A stretch of DNA of 64,000 nucleotides from an uncultured Lentimicrobiaceae bacterium. Lineage in GTDB: Bacteria; Bacteroidota; Bacteroidia; Bacteroidales; F082. Made by a program: the position numbers and the translations under genes. The notes under the pieces were generated by a model, which saw only the letters and a program-made list of their open reading frames with translations, did no database searches and was not told the DNA's origin. The DNA lies in assembly GCA_964592595.1 (NCBI GenBank), contig CAZQFH010000006.1:3919-67918 (forward strand), in the 5' to 3' direction. Shown here piece by piece: positions 9,487-18,760 of the stretch; position 1 is the first letter of the stretch, and each line of letters opens with the position of its first letter.

Positions 9487-11118
9487 ATGTACAGTGGATT
9501 TTACAAGGTGCCATTACCACACAATGAGCCAGTTAAAGAATACGCTCCCGGAAGTCCTGAGCGTGCAGAAGTAAAAGCGATGATTGCAAAAATGAGATCA
9601 GAGGAAATTGAAATTCCGATGGTGATAGGTGGTCAACGCGTCAAAACGGAGCATAGCATCCGAATAGCACCTCCACATGATATTCAGCATACACTGGGAT
9701 ATTTTTATCAGGGAGGAGCAGAACATGTGCATATGGCGATTGACGCTGCGCTCAAGATAAGATCAAGGTGGCAGGCTTTGGAGTGGGAAGACCGTGCAGC
9801 TATATTTTTGAAAGCCGCAGATCTGATTTCTGGCCCCTATCGTGCCAAAATCAATGCAGCTACTATGCTCGGACAGTCTAAAACAGTTCATCAGGCTGAA
9901 ATTGATTCGGCTTGTGAGTTAGCTGATTTTCTGCGCTTTAATGTGTATTTCATGTCAAAAATATACGCTGATCAGCCAATCTCATCCGAAGGTATTTGGA
10001 ATAGAATTGAATACCGGCCTTTGGAAGGTTTTATTTATGCTCTTACTCCTTTTAATTTCACTGCTATTGCCGGTAACCTGCCTTCGGCTCCTGCCATGAT
10101 GGGAAATGTTGTTGTGTGGAAAGCTTCAAATGCTCAGATTTATTCTGCCCGGGTTATTATGGAAATCTTTGAGGAAGCCGGATTGCCTGATGGCGTTATC
10201 AATCTTGTTTTCGTTCCCGGTCCTGTGGCAGGTAAAATTTTCGCTTCACATCCCGATTTTGTAGGTATTCATTATACAGGCTCCACTGCGGTTTTCTCAA
10301 AAATATGGAAAGCCATTGGCGATAATATCAGTGTGCATAATACTTATCCAAAAATTGTTGGGGAAACAGGTGGAAAAGATTTTGTTATAGCACATAAGAG
10401 TGCAGACGTAAAAGCATTGTCAACTGCTTTGATTCGGGGAGCTTTTGAATATCAGGGGCAAAAATGTTCGGCTGCTTCACGGGCTTATATTCCCAATAAT
10501 ATCTGGCCTGAGCTATGGAAACTAATGGAGAAAGACCTGAAGACGATAAAGATGGGGCCTGTTGAAGATTTTACCAATTTTATGGGAGCTGTAATTGATG
10601 AAGCTTCATTTGACAAATTGAGTAGTTTTATCGACAAGGCTAAAAAAGATGAGCCCACAACAATTCTTTTTGGAGGAAATTACGACAAATCAAAAGGTTA
10701 TTTCATTGAACCTACTGTGATTTTAACAAAAGATCCACATTATATTACCATGCATGAAGAGTTGTTTGGTCCGGTGCTTACCTTATATGTTTATGATGCC
10801 GATAAATGGCACGAAACGTTGGAACTCGTTGACACAACCACTGCATATTCATTAACAGGAGCCTTGTTTGCACAGGATCGTTTTGCTATCGAAGAAGCTA
10901 ATAATGCACTAACAAATGCAGCTGGTAATTATTACATCAACGATAAACCTACTGGTGCTGTTGTTGGTCAGCAACCTTTTGGTGGGGCTCGTGCTTCGGG
11001 TACTAACGACAAATCAGGATCTTACCTTAATCTGTTGCGTTGGGTTTCACCACGTACCATTAAGGAAAACTTTGTTCCACCTACCGATTACCGCTATTCT
11101 TTTATGAAAGAGGAATAA
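9487..11118 (+). CDS. pruA: L-glutamate gamma-semialdehyde (1-pyrroline-5-carboxylate) dehydrogenase
   Basis: 543 aa aldehyde dehydrogenase with the typical PruA N-terminus (FKVPLPHNEPVKEYAPGSPER), catalytic region ETGGKDF and GQKCSAASR. Confidence 0.9.
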   Translation: MYSGFYKVPLPHNEPVKEYAPGSPERAEVKAMIAKMRSEEIEIPMVIGGQRVKTEHSIRIAPPHDIQHTLGYFYQGGAEHVHMAIDAALKIRSRWQALEWEDRAAIFLKAADLISGPYRAKINAATMLGQSKTVHQAEIDSACELADFLRFNVYFMSKIYADQPISSEGIWNRIEYRPLEGFIYALTPFNFTAIAGNLPSAPAMMGNVVVWKASNAQIYSARVIMEIFEEAGLPDGVINLVFVPGPVAGKIFASHPDFVGIHYTGSTAVFSKIWKAIGDNISVHNTYPKIVGETGGKDFVIAHKSADVKALSTALIRGAFEYQGQKCSAASRAYIPNNIWPELWKLMEKDLKTIKMGPVEDFTNFMGAVIDEASFDKLSSFIDKAKKDEPTTILFGGNYDKSKGYFIEPTVILTKDPHYITMHEELFGPVLTLYVYDADKWHETLELVDTTTAYSLTGALFAQDRFAIEEANNALTNAAGNYYINDKPTGAVVGQQPFGGARASGTNDKSGSYLNLLRWVSPRTIKENFVPPTDYRYSFMKEE

Positions 11119-11141
11119 CCTGAATAAAAATTTACGGGTTT

Positions 11142-11170
11142 AACCGCCTTCGCTTGAGGGCGGTTTTTTA
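11142..11170 (+). terminator. rho-independent terminator after pruA
   Basis: AACCGCC-(loop)-GGCGGTT hairpin followed by a T-tract. Confidence 0.75.
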
Positions 11171-11224
11171 TTTCTTGAAATGGCATTCAAAATTTTAAAG
11201 CCTAACAGCCAGAAAAGATTTTTT

Positions 11225-11452
11225 TTAGTTCGATTTTAATTGTCCGAGGTAGGTTTTTCTGCCGTTTTTAATTACAAACTTTTTAGGTATAGGTTGCGAT
11301 TTAGTGCTCATCGGGTTAAAGTGAGCTTGCTTTTTATCTGATGCACGTCCTGATAAAACGTACGAAGAACCTCTGCTACAAGCGGTTGATATTAGTGACA
11401 ACAGGAATATTAGAAAAATTAGTTTAATTGTGTGCTTTGGGCTAAAAGTCAT
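11225..11452 (-). CDS. small hypothetical lipoprotein
   Basis: 75 aa with signal peptide and lipobox (LLSLISTAC|S). No homology recognised. Confidence 0.4.
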   Translation of the reverse strand: MTFSPKHTIKLIFLIFLLSLISTACSRGSSYVLSGRASDKKQAHFNPMSTKSQPIPKKFVIKNGRKTYLGQLKSN

Positions 11453-11602
11453 AATCTACACTATTTTACGGCGCAAAAGTATAAAAAAAACCATACTTTC
11501 GAGACTTGAGTTTTGATCTGATTTAAATGAAGATCAACAATGAGCTGTTTATAACTTACGAAATAATACCTAGAATTTTTAATAGGGACAGCCAAACATT
11601 AT

Positions 11603-11610
11603 TACTTTTG
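11603..11610 (+). promoter_or_regulatory. Bacteroidota-type -7 promoter box driving the riboswitch leader
   Basis: TACTTTTG lies immediately upstream of the riboswitch. Confidence 0.45.
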
Positions 11611-11614
11611 CAGA

Positions 11615-11795
11615 TGATGATGGTGTTCGATGCTCTCGCAAAGCTTAGGACTTAATAGGGAACCAGGTGTAAATCCTGGACAGTTCCCGCTGCTGTAAGC
11701 TCTTTTTTATCCTGCGATAACCTCAAGCCACTGTTTCAACTTTATGGAATGGGAAGGCATCGCAGGGGAGTAAGTCAGAAGACCTGCCATTTTCA
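11615..11795 (+). promoter_or_regulatory. cobalamin (B12) riboswitch
   Basis: Conserved core AATAGGGAACCAGGTGTAAATCCTGGACAGTTCCCGCTGCTGTAA, then GCCACTG...GGAATGGGAAGGC, then the B12 box AGTCAGAAGACCTGCC (11773-11788). It sits about 110 nt upstream of ATG 11909. Boundaries are approximate. Confidence 0.85.
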
Positions 11796-11908
11796 ATGTT
11801 TTGCAAAGCTTTCGGGATAAAGGCTTGTCGACAGCGTAACACGTCGATTCGACACATTTTCTCCTGATAGTTTTGAGGTAATTATTTTTTAACCTTAAAA
11901 CTTCTAGT

Positions 11909-13195
11909 ATGTTTAAAAAAAGTTTTTACTCTTCGTTCCTATTTTTGATGGCGTTTTTCTTTTCGGATTTGCTCTTCTCGCAGCAACAATCACAGTTGTT
12001 TATTGCCTCCGGCGGAGCCTTTTCTGATCCAAATGATTTTGTAGAGATTTCGGTTTATGATCCTCTTCAGCAGGAAAGTGGTAATGTAAATACGGTCTTT
12101 ACTCAGGCTGTTCAGGATTTGATTAGTGATGGTAATTTCCTATACCTAACAGCTACAGATTCGGTGGTAAAAATTGACCGCTTAACAAATCAAAAAACAG
12201 CAGTTGTAGGAGTGTCAGGAGCCAACCTGTTGCTCGTGCATCAGGATAAACTATTAATGTCGGTACAATATCCTGAAACTTCTGATTTCCTGAGAGTTTT
12301 TGATAAGAACTCCCTTGAACTGCAACAAACTATCAGCGACATTTCTGGAGAAACAGCTGGGATGTTGTTTTTTAACGACAAACTTTATGTTGCTGTTCCG
12401 GGAGCTTATGGCACAGCTACAGGTTCACTTGCTGTACTTGACCCTGTTGATTTTGAGCTGATTGAAGAAATTGATATGGGTTCACAAGCCAAGGGAATTT
12501 ATAATTTGTTTGCCTTTGGCGAAAAAGTTTTGTGCGTTAACAAAACTGCTTACGGTGAAAATACAGGAGTCCTAAGTCTTTTTGATACTCAAACACAAAC
12601 CTTTGAACATCATAGTTTTAACCATGCTTTTGGTAAAGCTGTTTACCTGGACGGAGATCAACTTTACCTCATTGTTGATAACGGTTTGGGATTGATTGAT
12701 TTAAGCTCGATGGAAATGGTAGATCCACAAATCATTCCTGATCCGGGAAGTGCTAATTATACCTATTTTGCTGATATTGTATTTGACAGCCTGAATCAAC
12801 AGTTTTATGCTACTACAACTGATTATTTTTCATTCGGTCAAGGCACCGTTTATGATAATTTTGGCGTATTAAAAGGGAATTTTGAGGCTGGTATTTCAGC
12901 AGAAGCCATGGCTGTAGTAATTCAGGAAGTTACATCAGTTGCTGCCATGAATGAAACGGAACTTAAAATATTTCCAAATCCTTTTACAAACCAGTTAAAT
13001 CTCGAAGGTTCTTCCTCAGCGGAATTTGCTTTTTGTAAACTATTTTCTTTATCGGGAAAGCTGGTTTTTGAGCATCATTTTGCGGGTACTAGTTCTCAAA
13101 CCATGCAACTTCCTGATCTTAATCCCGGATTATACCTGCTTAATCTGGTTACTGAAAATGGTAAAATACTGAATAAAAAGGTGTTAAGAAAATAG
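11909..13195 (+). CDS. secreted beta-propeller-like protein with T9SS type-A C-terminal sorting domain
   Basis: Signal peptide (FLFLMAFFFSDLLFSQ). The body resembles YncE/DUF5074-like surface proteins. C-terminus KIFPNPFTNQLNLEG...GLYLLNLVTENGKILNKKVLRK is a typical T9SS CTD. Confidence 0.7.
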   Translation: MFKKSFYSSFLFLMAFFFSDLLFSQQQSQLFIASGGAFSDPNDFVEISVYDPLQQESGNVNTVFTQAVQDLISDGNFLYLTATDSVVKIDRLTNQKTAVVGVSGANLLLVHQDKLLMSVQYPETSDFLRVFDKNSLELQQTISDISGETAGMLFFNDKLYVAVPGAYGTATGSLAVLDPVDFELIEEIDMGSQAKGIYNLFAFGEKVLCVNKTAYGENTGVLSLFDTQTQTFEHHSFNHAFGKAVYLDGDQLYLIVDNGLGLIDLSSMEMVDPQIIPDPGSANYTYFADIVFDSLNQQFYATTTDYFSFGQGTVYDNFGVLKGNFEAGISAEAMAVVIQEVTSVAAMNETELKIFPNPFTNQLNLEGSSSAEFAFCKLFSLSGKLVFEHHFAGTSSQTMQLPDLNPGLYLLNLVTENGKILNKKVLRK

Positions 13196-13197
13196 TT

Positions 13198-14226
13198 ATG
13201 TCGCTTTCACAAGCTTGGGAATTCTTTTTTGGTAATTTGTCGAAATTGGTAATGGGATGCCTTGTTTGCTGTTTTCTTTTTACTCTTTTCCTTTTTCCTT
13301 CACTGGCTTTTGGGCAATTTGCTCCTCCTGCCGGACAAGTCGGTTCGGATGCAGTGCATGCTGACAGTAACATCATCATCAATTGGGCAACCAATGCGAT
13401 AATTGAGCGTGGTTTTCAGCAAATTGATGATGTTAATTCCGGATATGCCAGCTATGGAAATGAAAGTGATGCAATCGGTAAAGCTGATGGATTTGTTGTA
13501 AGTCTGGGTGATGGAGGTTCTGCCTTACTACAATTTGATTTTCCAATATTCAATGGCTCAGGAGCTGATTTTGTAGTATTTGAGAATGCATTCGATGAGC
13601 AGTTTCTTGAGCTGGCGCACGTTGCAGTGAGTAGTGACGGTGAAAACTTTTTTAGTTTTCCTGCTCATTCACTCACTGATACAAGCGAGCAAGTTGGCAG
13701 TTTCGGGACATTGGATGCCAGCAAAATTCATCATCTGGCCGGAAAATATCGGGCACCCTACGGCGTACCATTTGATTTGGATAGCCTTCCTGAAAGTCCC
13801 CTTTTAGATAAGAGTTTAGTCACGCACATTAGCATCACGGACGTTGTCGGTATTTTGGATAATGAGTGGGGTAGTAGGGATTCAAAAGGACGTCTTATTA
13901 ATGATCCCTGGCCTACACCTTTTCCTTCTTCTGGTTTTGACCTGGATGCAATTGGGGTGATACATGATGCTTCAAATCTAAGCCTTTCATCTTCCTCATT
14001 ATCTGATTTTTATATTTGGCCTAATCCATTCTATAATGGATTTAATATGACTTGCAATACAGCTGGAGTAATGCAGGTTTACAATCAACAAGGGATATTG
14101 ATGATGCAGACGGGAATTTCCTCCGGAAAGAATTATATTGATGCAACAAAATGGCATTCAGCTACTTATATTGTAAATGTTGTTGTAAACAGACAAGTGT
14201 ATCATCTCAAAGCAATCAAGCAATGA
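13198..14226 (+). CDS. secreted protein of unknown function with T9SS type-A C-terminal sorting domain
   Basis: Hydrophobic N-terminus. C-terminus YIWPNPFYNGFNMTC...ATYIVNVVVNRQVYHLKAIKQ is a T9SS CTD. Its stop overlaps the next start in ATGA (14223-14226). Confidence 0.65.
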   Translation: MSLSQAWEFFFGNLSKLVMGCLVCCFLFTLFLFPSLAFGQFAPPAGQVGSDAVHADSNIIINWATNAIIERGFQQIDDVNSGYASYGNESDAIGKADGFVVSLGDGGSALLQFDFPIFNGSGADFVVFENAFDEQFLELAHVAVSSDGENFFSFPAHSLTDTSEQVGSFGTLDASKIHHLAGKYRAPYGVPFDLDSLPESPLLDKSLVTHISITDVVGILDNEWGSRDSKGRLINDPWPTPFPSSGFDLDAIGVIHDASNLSLSSSSLSDFYIWPNPFYNGFNMTCNTAGVMQVYNQQGILMMQTGISSGKNYIDATKWHSATYIVNVVVNRQVYHLKAIKQ

Positions 14227-16172
14227 GAATTGCATTCAGGCAAATATTGCTCTTGTTGCAACTGATGATATTTTCATTAGCAAGTAAAGCTCAACTACCA
14301 GATACACTTCTGCTCCAGCAGGTTGAGGTGGTTGCTTCATCAGATCAATCATCCGAAATGGCCTTAATTCATAGTATAGACCAAACTATTTTGCAGACTA
14401 AAAGCATAAATACAGTAGCGGATTTATTACAACAGCACAGTGGGATTTTTATTAAGGATTATGGTCCGGGATCGCTTGCAACTGCTTCTTTCAGAGGTAC
14501 AGCAGCAAGTCATACCAAGGTGATTTGGAATGGAGTTCCGGTAAACGCACCCAACAACGGTCAGGTTGATTTCAACAGGCTTCCGGTTTTTTTCGTTGAT
14601 GAAGCTCAGCTGGCTCGTGGTGCGCAATCAGCAAGTCAGCAGGGTGGAATAGGAGGATCGGTGATGTTAAATAATCAATCATCATTTAACCAGGGTTTTC
14701 AATTTGAATTGAAGCAGGCATTAGGTAGTTTCAGTAGCTTTGGCACCTATGCCGATGTATCATGGTCTCAAAGAAATCTCCACATCAGATCTCGCATTTT
14801 TCGTAATTCGAGCCAAAACGATTTTGAATACCTGAATACAGCCCCTATTCCGGCCAGGAAAATGAAACAAGAGCAGGCTGATTTTTTCGATCGGGGATTT
14901 TTACAAGAACTTCATTGGCAGAAGGGAGGAGGTTTGCTTAGTTTCATCAGCTGGAATCAATGGAACAACAGAAATCTGCCTCCTATAATGACTAATCTAG
15001 AGCGTGGTGGCAAACCTATAGAGCGTCAGGATGACCGTTTTCATCGCAACATTTTATCCTACAAGTATTTTTGGACAAAAGCCAGTTTGGAGTTTAAATC
15101 CTCATATTTCGCAGAATATCAGCATTATTTTCTTCGAACGACTTCCAATTATGGCAGTTATGAGACTGTAAGTCAAATAGACAGCAGAAATAACCTTCAG
15201 TTTTGGCAGCAGGAAATTAATTTTACACAGTCATTGGGAAAAAGATGGGAATTACGAGCCAGTAATTTTATCAACAGGCAGACAGCTTTTTCGACTTCCT
15301 ATGAAAATAAAAAGCAACGCGACCAATTCGCGATGAATATTAAAATGATCTATCAAGACAAAAAGGGACATGTGCTCGAATTTGGAGCTCATCAAGACGA
15401 CCTGAATGGTAAATTGATGGTGCTTTCACCTTTCGCGCAATACACGGCCAATATTCCGGCTGCAAAGCGTTGGCGCTACGCTATCGGGGTGAGTCGTAAT
15501 TATAATGGTCCAAGTCTGAACGATTTGTATTGGTATCCGGGAGGAAATCCTAATCTGCTGGCAGAAAAGGCTTTGCAATCAGATTTCTTACTTCAGTATG
15601 AGCTGAAACGTGAGAAAATTAAAGTATTTGTTTCGGCTGGTATCTATGCGTCTCAGATTGAAGATTGGATACAGTGGCGTCCAACAGCACACAGGTATTG
15701 GATTCCGGAAAACATATCAAAAGTATTTGCCCGGGGAGTCGAACTGTTTTTTAAAAGCGTTTATAAAAGTGGAAAGATAAAGCATGAGTTGCAGCTAAAC
15801 TATGCTTTTACACGCACAACTGACGAAAGCCTTTTGGCACAAATTGAAAACACACAAGGTCGTCAACTTATTTATATACCTAAGCATCAGGCGAATGCAG
15901 TGTATCGTCTGGACTGGAATAATTGGCGCTTCGCTTATATTGTTGTTTATACAGGCGAAAGAACTACAAGTTTGAACGAACATGAATTTTATGGATTTGC
16001 TTTGCCGGCTTACACCTTGCATCACCTTTCGTTGAGCAAGCAATGGAAAAGTTTTTCTGCTGAATTTCAACTCAATAATATCTTTGATAAAGACTATCAG
16101 GCCATACGTTGGCGTGCTATGCCAGGTAGAAATTTTGCTTTTGCCTTGAGTTATCATTTCAAATCGAAATAG
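14223..16172 (+). CDS. TonB-dependent outer-membrane receptor, BtuB-like (B12 riboswitch-controlled)
   Basis: Signal peptide MRIAFRQILLLLQLMIFSLASKAQ. Plug-domain motifs (TVADLLQQHSGIFIKDYGPGSLATASFRGTAASHTKVIWNGVPVN). C-terminal beta-barrel ending in an aromatic residue (ALSYHFKSK). ATG 14223 is preferred over the ORF-track start at 14151. Confidence 0.85.
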   Translation: MRIAFRQILLLLQLMIFSLASKAQLPDTLLLQQVEVVASSDQSSEMALIHSIDQTILQTKSINTVADLLQQHSGIFIKDYGPGSLATASFRGTAASHTKVIWNGVPVNAPNNGQVDFNRLPVFFVDEAQLARGAQSASQQGGIGGSVMLNNQSSFNQGFQFELKQALGSFSSFGTYADVSWSQRNLHIRSRIFRNSSQNDFEYLNTAPIPARKMKQEQADFFDRGFLQELHWQKGGGLLSFISWNQWNNRNLPPIMTNLERGGKPIERQDDRFHRNILSYKYFWTKASLEFKSSYFAEYQHYFLRTTSNYGSYETVSQIDSRNNLQFWQQEINFTQSLGKRWELRASNFINRQTAFSTSYENKKQRDQFAMNIKMIYQDKKGHVLEFGAHQDDLNGKLMVLSPFAQYTANIPAAKRWRYAIGVSRNYNGPSLNDLYWYPGGNPNLLAEKALQSDFLLQYELKREKIKVFVSAGIYASQIEDWIQWRPTAHRYWIPENISKVFARGVELFFKSVYKSGKIKHELQLNYAFTRTTDESLLAQIENTQGRQLIYIPKHQANAVYRLDWNNWRFAYIVVYTGERTTSLNEHEFYGFALPAYTLHHLSLSKQWKSFSAEFQLNNIFDKDYQAIRWRAMPGRNFAFALSYHFKSK

Positions 16173-16177
16173 TTTAT

Positions 16178-17236
16178 ATGAAGAAAATTTTAAGTTATCT
16201 TTTAATGTTCGCGCTCTTAACGGCTGCGTGTACTAAACTCGATAAAGAGCCCCCCGATCCGCTTCCTCCCGGTCAATTAGGAAAAGGCTTTTATGTACTT
16301 AACCAGGGTAATTTCACCTCTGGCAACTCCTCGCTGTCCTTTTACAGTGAGGACGCTGCTAAAATGATAAATAATATTTTTTACAAACTAAATAATGCTC
16401 CCTTAGGAGATGTGGCTCAAAGCATTACTTTTTGGAACGATGATGCATATATCGTTGTCAATAATTCTGCTTACATCTATGTAATTGATGCTAAAACAGG
16501 TTATTTTAAAAAGAAAATAGCTGAACTTCAATCTCCGCGATTTATTCAGGTTATTGATGCAGAAAAGGCTTACATCTCAGATTTTCAGTTAAAAGGATTG
16601 ATGGTTTTTAATCCGATGAGCATGCAGCCATTAGGAGTAATTGAAACTGGAAAAACAACAGAAGCTATGGCAATTGTTGATTATGAGGTATTTGTAACAA
16701 ACTGGTCGTCATATAATCAAACTGGTTCAAATAATACGGTTCAGGTTATAGATGCCAATCTTGATCAATTGGTTGACAGCATTGTAGTTGCCAAAGAACC
16801 GAATAGCTTAGTTGTTGACAAAAATAACAAACTGTGGGTTTTGTGCAGTGGTGGATTCATGAACGAAGAAATTCCCGCCTTATTTAAGATTGATCCTGCC
16901 AGCCGTTCTATCGAAAAACGGTTTAATTTCCCGGATTTGGAAACTTCCCCTGAGCAGCTCCGCATCAATACAATGGGAGATGAGTTATACTTTTTGAATG
17001 GAGATGTTTATAGTATGCACATTGAAGAAGATCAACTGCCTGTTGAACCCAGTATTTATGCCTCTGGCAGAAACTTTTTTGCGCTTGCTTTACATCCTGA
17101 AGATCAAACAATAATTGTGACTGATGCCGGAAACTATGTTCAAAATGGATGGATGTTTCGCTTCGCTTCGGATGGCATGCTTATTGATTCAGTGCAGGCA
17201 GGAATTATTCCGGGATTTATAGGATTTTATCATTAA
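16178..17236 (+). CDS. surface lipoprotein, YncE/DUF5074-like beta-propeller (candidate corrinoid-binding accessory protein)
   Basis: Lipobox LLTAAC|TK. The FYVLNQGNFTSGNSSLSFY pattern is typical of the cell-surface propeller family found beside btuB genes in Bacteroidota (assignment from memory). Confidence 0.65.
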   Translation: MKKILSYLLMFALLTAACTKLDKEPPDPLPPGQLGKGFYVLNQGNFTSGNSSLSFYSEDAAKMINNIFYKLNNAPLGDVAQSITFWNDDAYIVVNNSAYIYVIDAKTGYFKKKIAELQSPRFIQVIDAEKAYISDFQLKGLMVFNPMSMQPLGVIETGKTTEAMAIVDYEVFVTNWSSYNQTGSNNTVQVIDANLDQLVDSIVVAKEPNSLVVDKNNKLWVLCSGGFMNEEIPALFKIDPASRSIEKRFNFPDLETSPEQLRINTMGDELYFLNGDVYSMHIEEDQLPVEPSIYASGRNFFALALHPEDQTIIVTDAGNYVQNGWMFRFASDGMLIDSVQAGIIPGFIGFYH

Positions 17237-17247
17237 AACAAAAAAAT

Positions 17248-17664
17248 ATGAACAAAGTATCTGTTAACTGGTCAGGTGATATGGCCTTTGAAGTAGAACT
17301 AAATGGATTTAAACTAATAATCGATGCCGACGAAAAAGTTGGTGGACAAAACAAAGGTCCTCGGCCAAAGCCCCTGACTTTAGCCTCTTTGGGTGGATGT
17401 ACAGGAATGGATGTGATTTCGATTTTAAAGAAAATGCATGTTGAACCTGATTATTTTAACATCGAAGTAAGTGGTGAACTTACCGAAGAACACCCCAAAT
17501 ATTATCATAAGATCCACATCAAATATATTTTTAAAGGAAAAGATTTGGATCAGGCTAAAATTGATAAAGCTGTCAATCTGTCACAAGAACGCTATTGTGG
17601 GGTAAGTGAACTATTGCGCAAAGGTGCCGAGCTTACACATGAAATTGAAATTATTGAAGCTTAA
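17248..17664 (+). CDS. OsmC family protein (peroxiredoxin-like)
   Basis: 138 aa with GGQNKGPRPKPLTLASLGGCTGMDV and a second Cys in ERYCGV. Confidence 0.8.
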   Translation: MNKVSVNWSGDMAFEVELNGFKLIIDADEKVGGQNKGPRPKPLTLASLGGCTGMDVISILKKMHVEPDYFNIEVSGELTEEHPKYYHKIHIKYIFKGKDLDQAKIDKAVNLSQERYCGVSELLRKGAELTHEIEIIEA

Positions 17665-17671
17665 AACTGTT

Positions 17672-18322
17672 TTATTGTCTGATTGGGGAGATTATCTCAT
17701 TGAATTCGCTAAGAATCATTGCGGTAGCTCCCCAAATTGTATAATTTGATACCTGATAGCAAGGAATCGAAGCTTGCATGCCATCTTTCAGTGTTACGGT
17801 GTATGTCCCAAGGTTGCTGGGTGATGCCAAGGCTTCAAGCTCAACAAAAAATGCTTTAGAAACTTCTACTGGGTCAATCGTCAGCTGAGGCACTTTTTCG
17901 GTATAGCCCACAACCGGAAGCACATCAAAATTACTTGGTGGGATATAAATTTTTGAAAGCGATCCAAGAATTTTAACTGCTTCCTTCGGAATTCCTACTT
18001 CTTCCTCGGTTTCACGTAAGGCTGTATTAATTAGATTATTATCGTGATCCTCGTATCTTCCTCCGGGAAATGCAATTTGACCACTGTGAACGCCGTCGTA
18101 GCTATTTCTTTTGATAAAAGTGGTTTTTATTTTTCCGTTTTCTTCAAAAAGCACAATTAAAATGGCGCTCTGCCTCGGAGGAGTGGAATGTTTAAGGTTA
18201 AGGAATGCATTTCTGGTAATGGGCTCCATTCGGAAATGTGCCTGAGATCCGGGTAATTTTTGTAACAATTTGATCTTTAATTCTTTTATCAGATCTCTAA
18301 ATGCTGGTAGCTGTGGATTCAT
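17672..18322 (-). CDS. NUDIX hydrolase, CoA pyrophosphatase-like
   Basis: Nudix box GQIAFPGGRYEDHDNNLINTALRETEEEVGI. Confidence 0.8.
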   Translation of the reverse strand: MNPQLPAFRDLIKELKIKLLQKLPGSQAHFRMEPITRNAFLNLKHSTPPRQSAILIVLFEENGKIKTTFIKRNSYDGVHSGQIAFPGGRYEDHDNNLINTALRETEEEVGIPKEAVKILGSLSKIYIPPSNFDVLPVVGYTEKVPQLTIDPVEVSKAFFVELEALASPSNLGTYTVTLKDGMQASIPCYQVSNYTIWGATAMILSEFNEIISPIRQ

Positions 18323-18445
18323 GCTGCAAATTTAACCAATTGTTGCAGTTTATTAGTTTCATTTACAAAGTTTGGCATCGTTATTTAATTTTGAAATCGA
18401 ATGCGAATTAATAGAAATTAACTATTGAATTAATCTGGGATAGGA

Positions 18446-18453
18446 TATATTTG
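18446..18453 (+). promoter_or_regulatory. Bacteroidota-type -7 promoter box
   Basis: TATATTTG lies 33 nt upstream of ATG 18486. Confidence 0.4.
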
Positions 18454-18485
18454 TACCTTTATAGCGATAAAACTTTCGAAAGTTT

Positions 18486-18758
18486 ATGACAAAAGAAAAA
18501 CCAACTGTATTTCCGGAAGAGAAGGTGTTTGAAGATCAAGGAAAAAAGTTGATTCTTTTTAACGACGATGTGAATTCATTCGATTTTGTTATTAAAAGTC
18601 TCGTACAAGTTTGTGATCACACTTTTGAGCAGGCTGAAACTTGTGCATGGATTGCTCACTTCAAAGGAAAATGTGCCGTAAAGTCTGGCACTGTTGAAGA
18701 GTTGCAGTCATACAAGACTGAACTAATAAACAGACAACTCACTGTAAGTATTGAATAA
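18486..18758 (+). CDS. clpS: ATP-dependent Clp protease adaptor ClpS
   Basis: 90 aa; LILFNDDVNSFDFVIKSLVQVCDHTFEQAETCAWIAHFKGKCAVK matches the ClpS core. Confidence 0.85.
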   Translation: MTKEKPTVFPEEKVFEDQGKKLILFNDDVNSFDFVIKSLVQVCDHTFEQAETCAWIAHFKGKCAVKSGTVEELQSYKTELINRQLTVSIE

Positions 18759-18760
18759 GT

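Noticed and set aside
11796-11908. Intrinsic terminator in the riboswitch expression platform
   Set aside because: Several GTCGA/TCGAC repeats are present, but I could not draw a convincing stem followed by a T-tract. Regulation may be translational, and folding software is needed.
14151-14222. Upstream start of the TonB-dependent receptor ORF (MAFSYLYCKCCCK...)
   Set aside because: It overlaps the end of the preceding gene. ATG 14223 gives a canonical signal peptide and an ATGA stop-start overlap.
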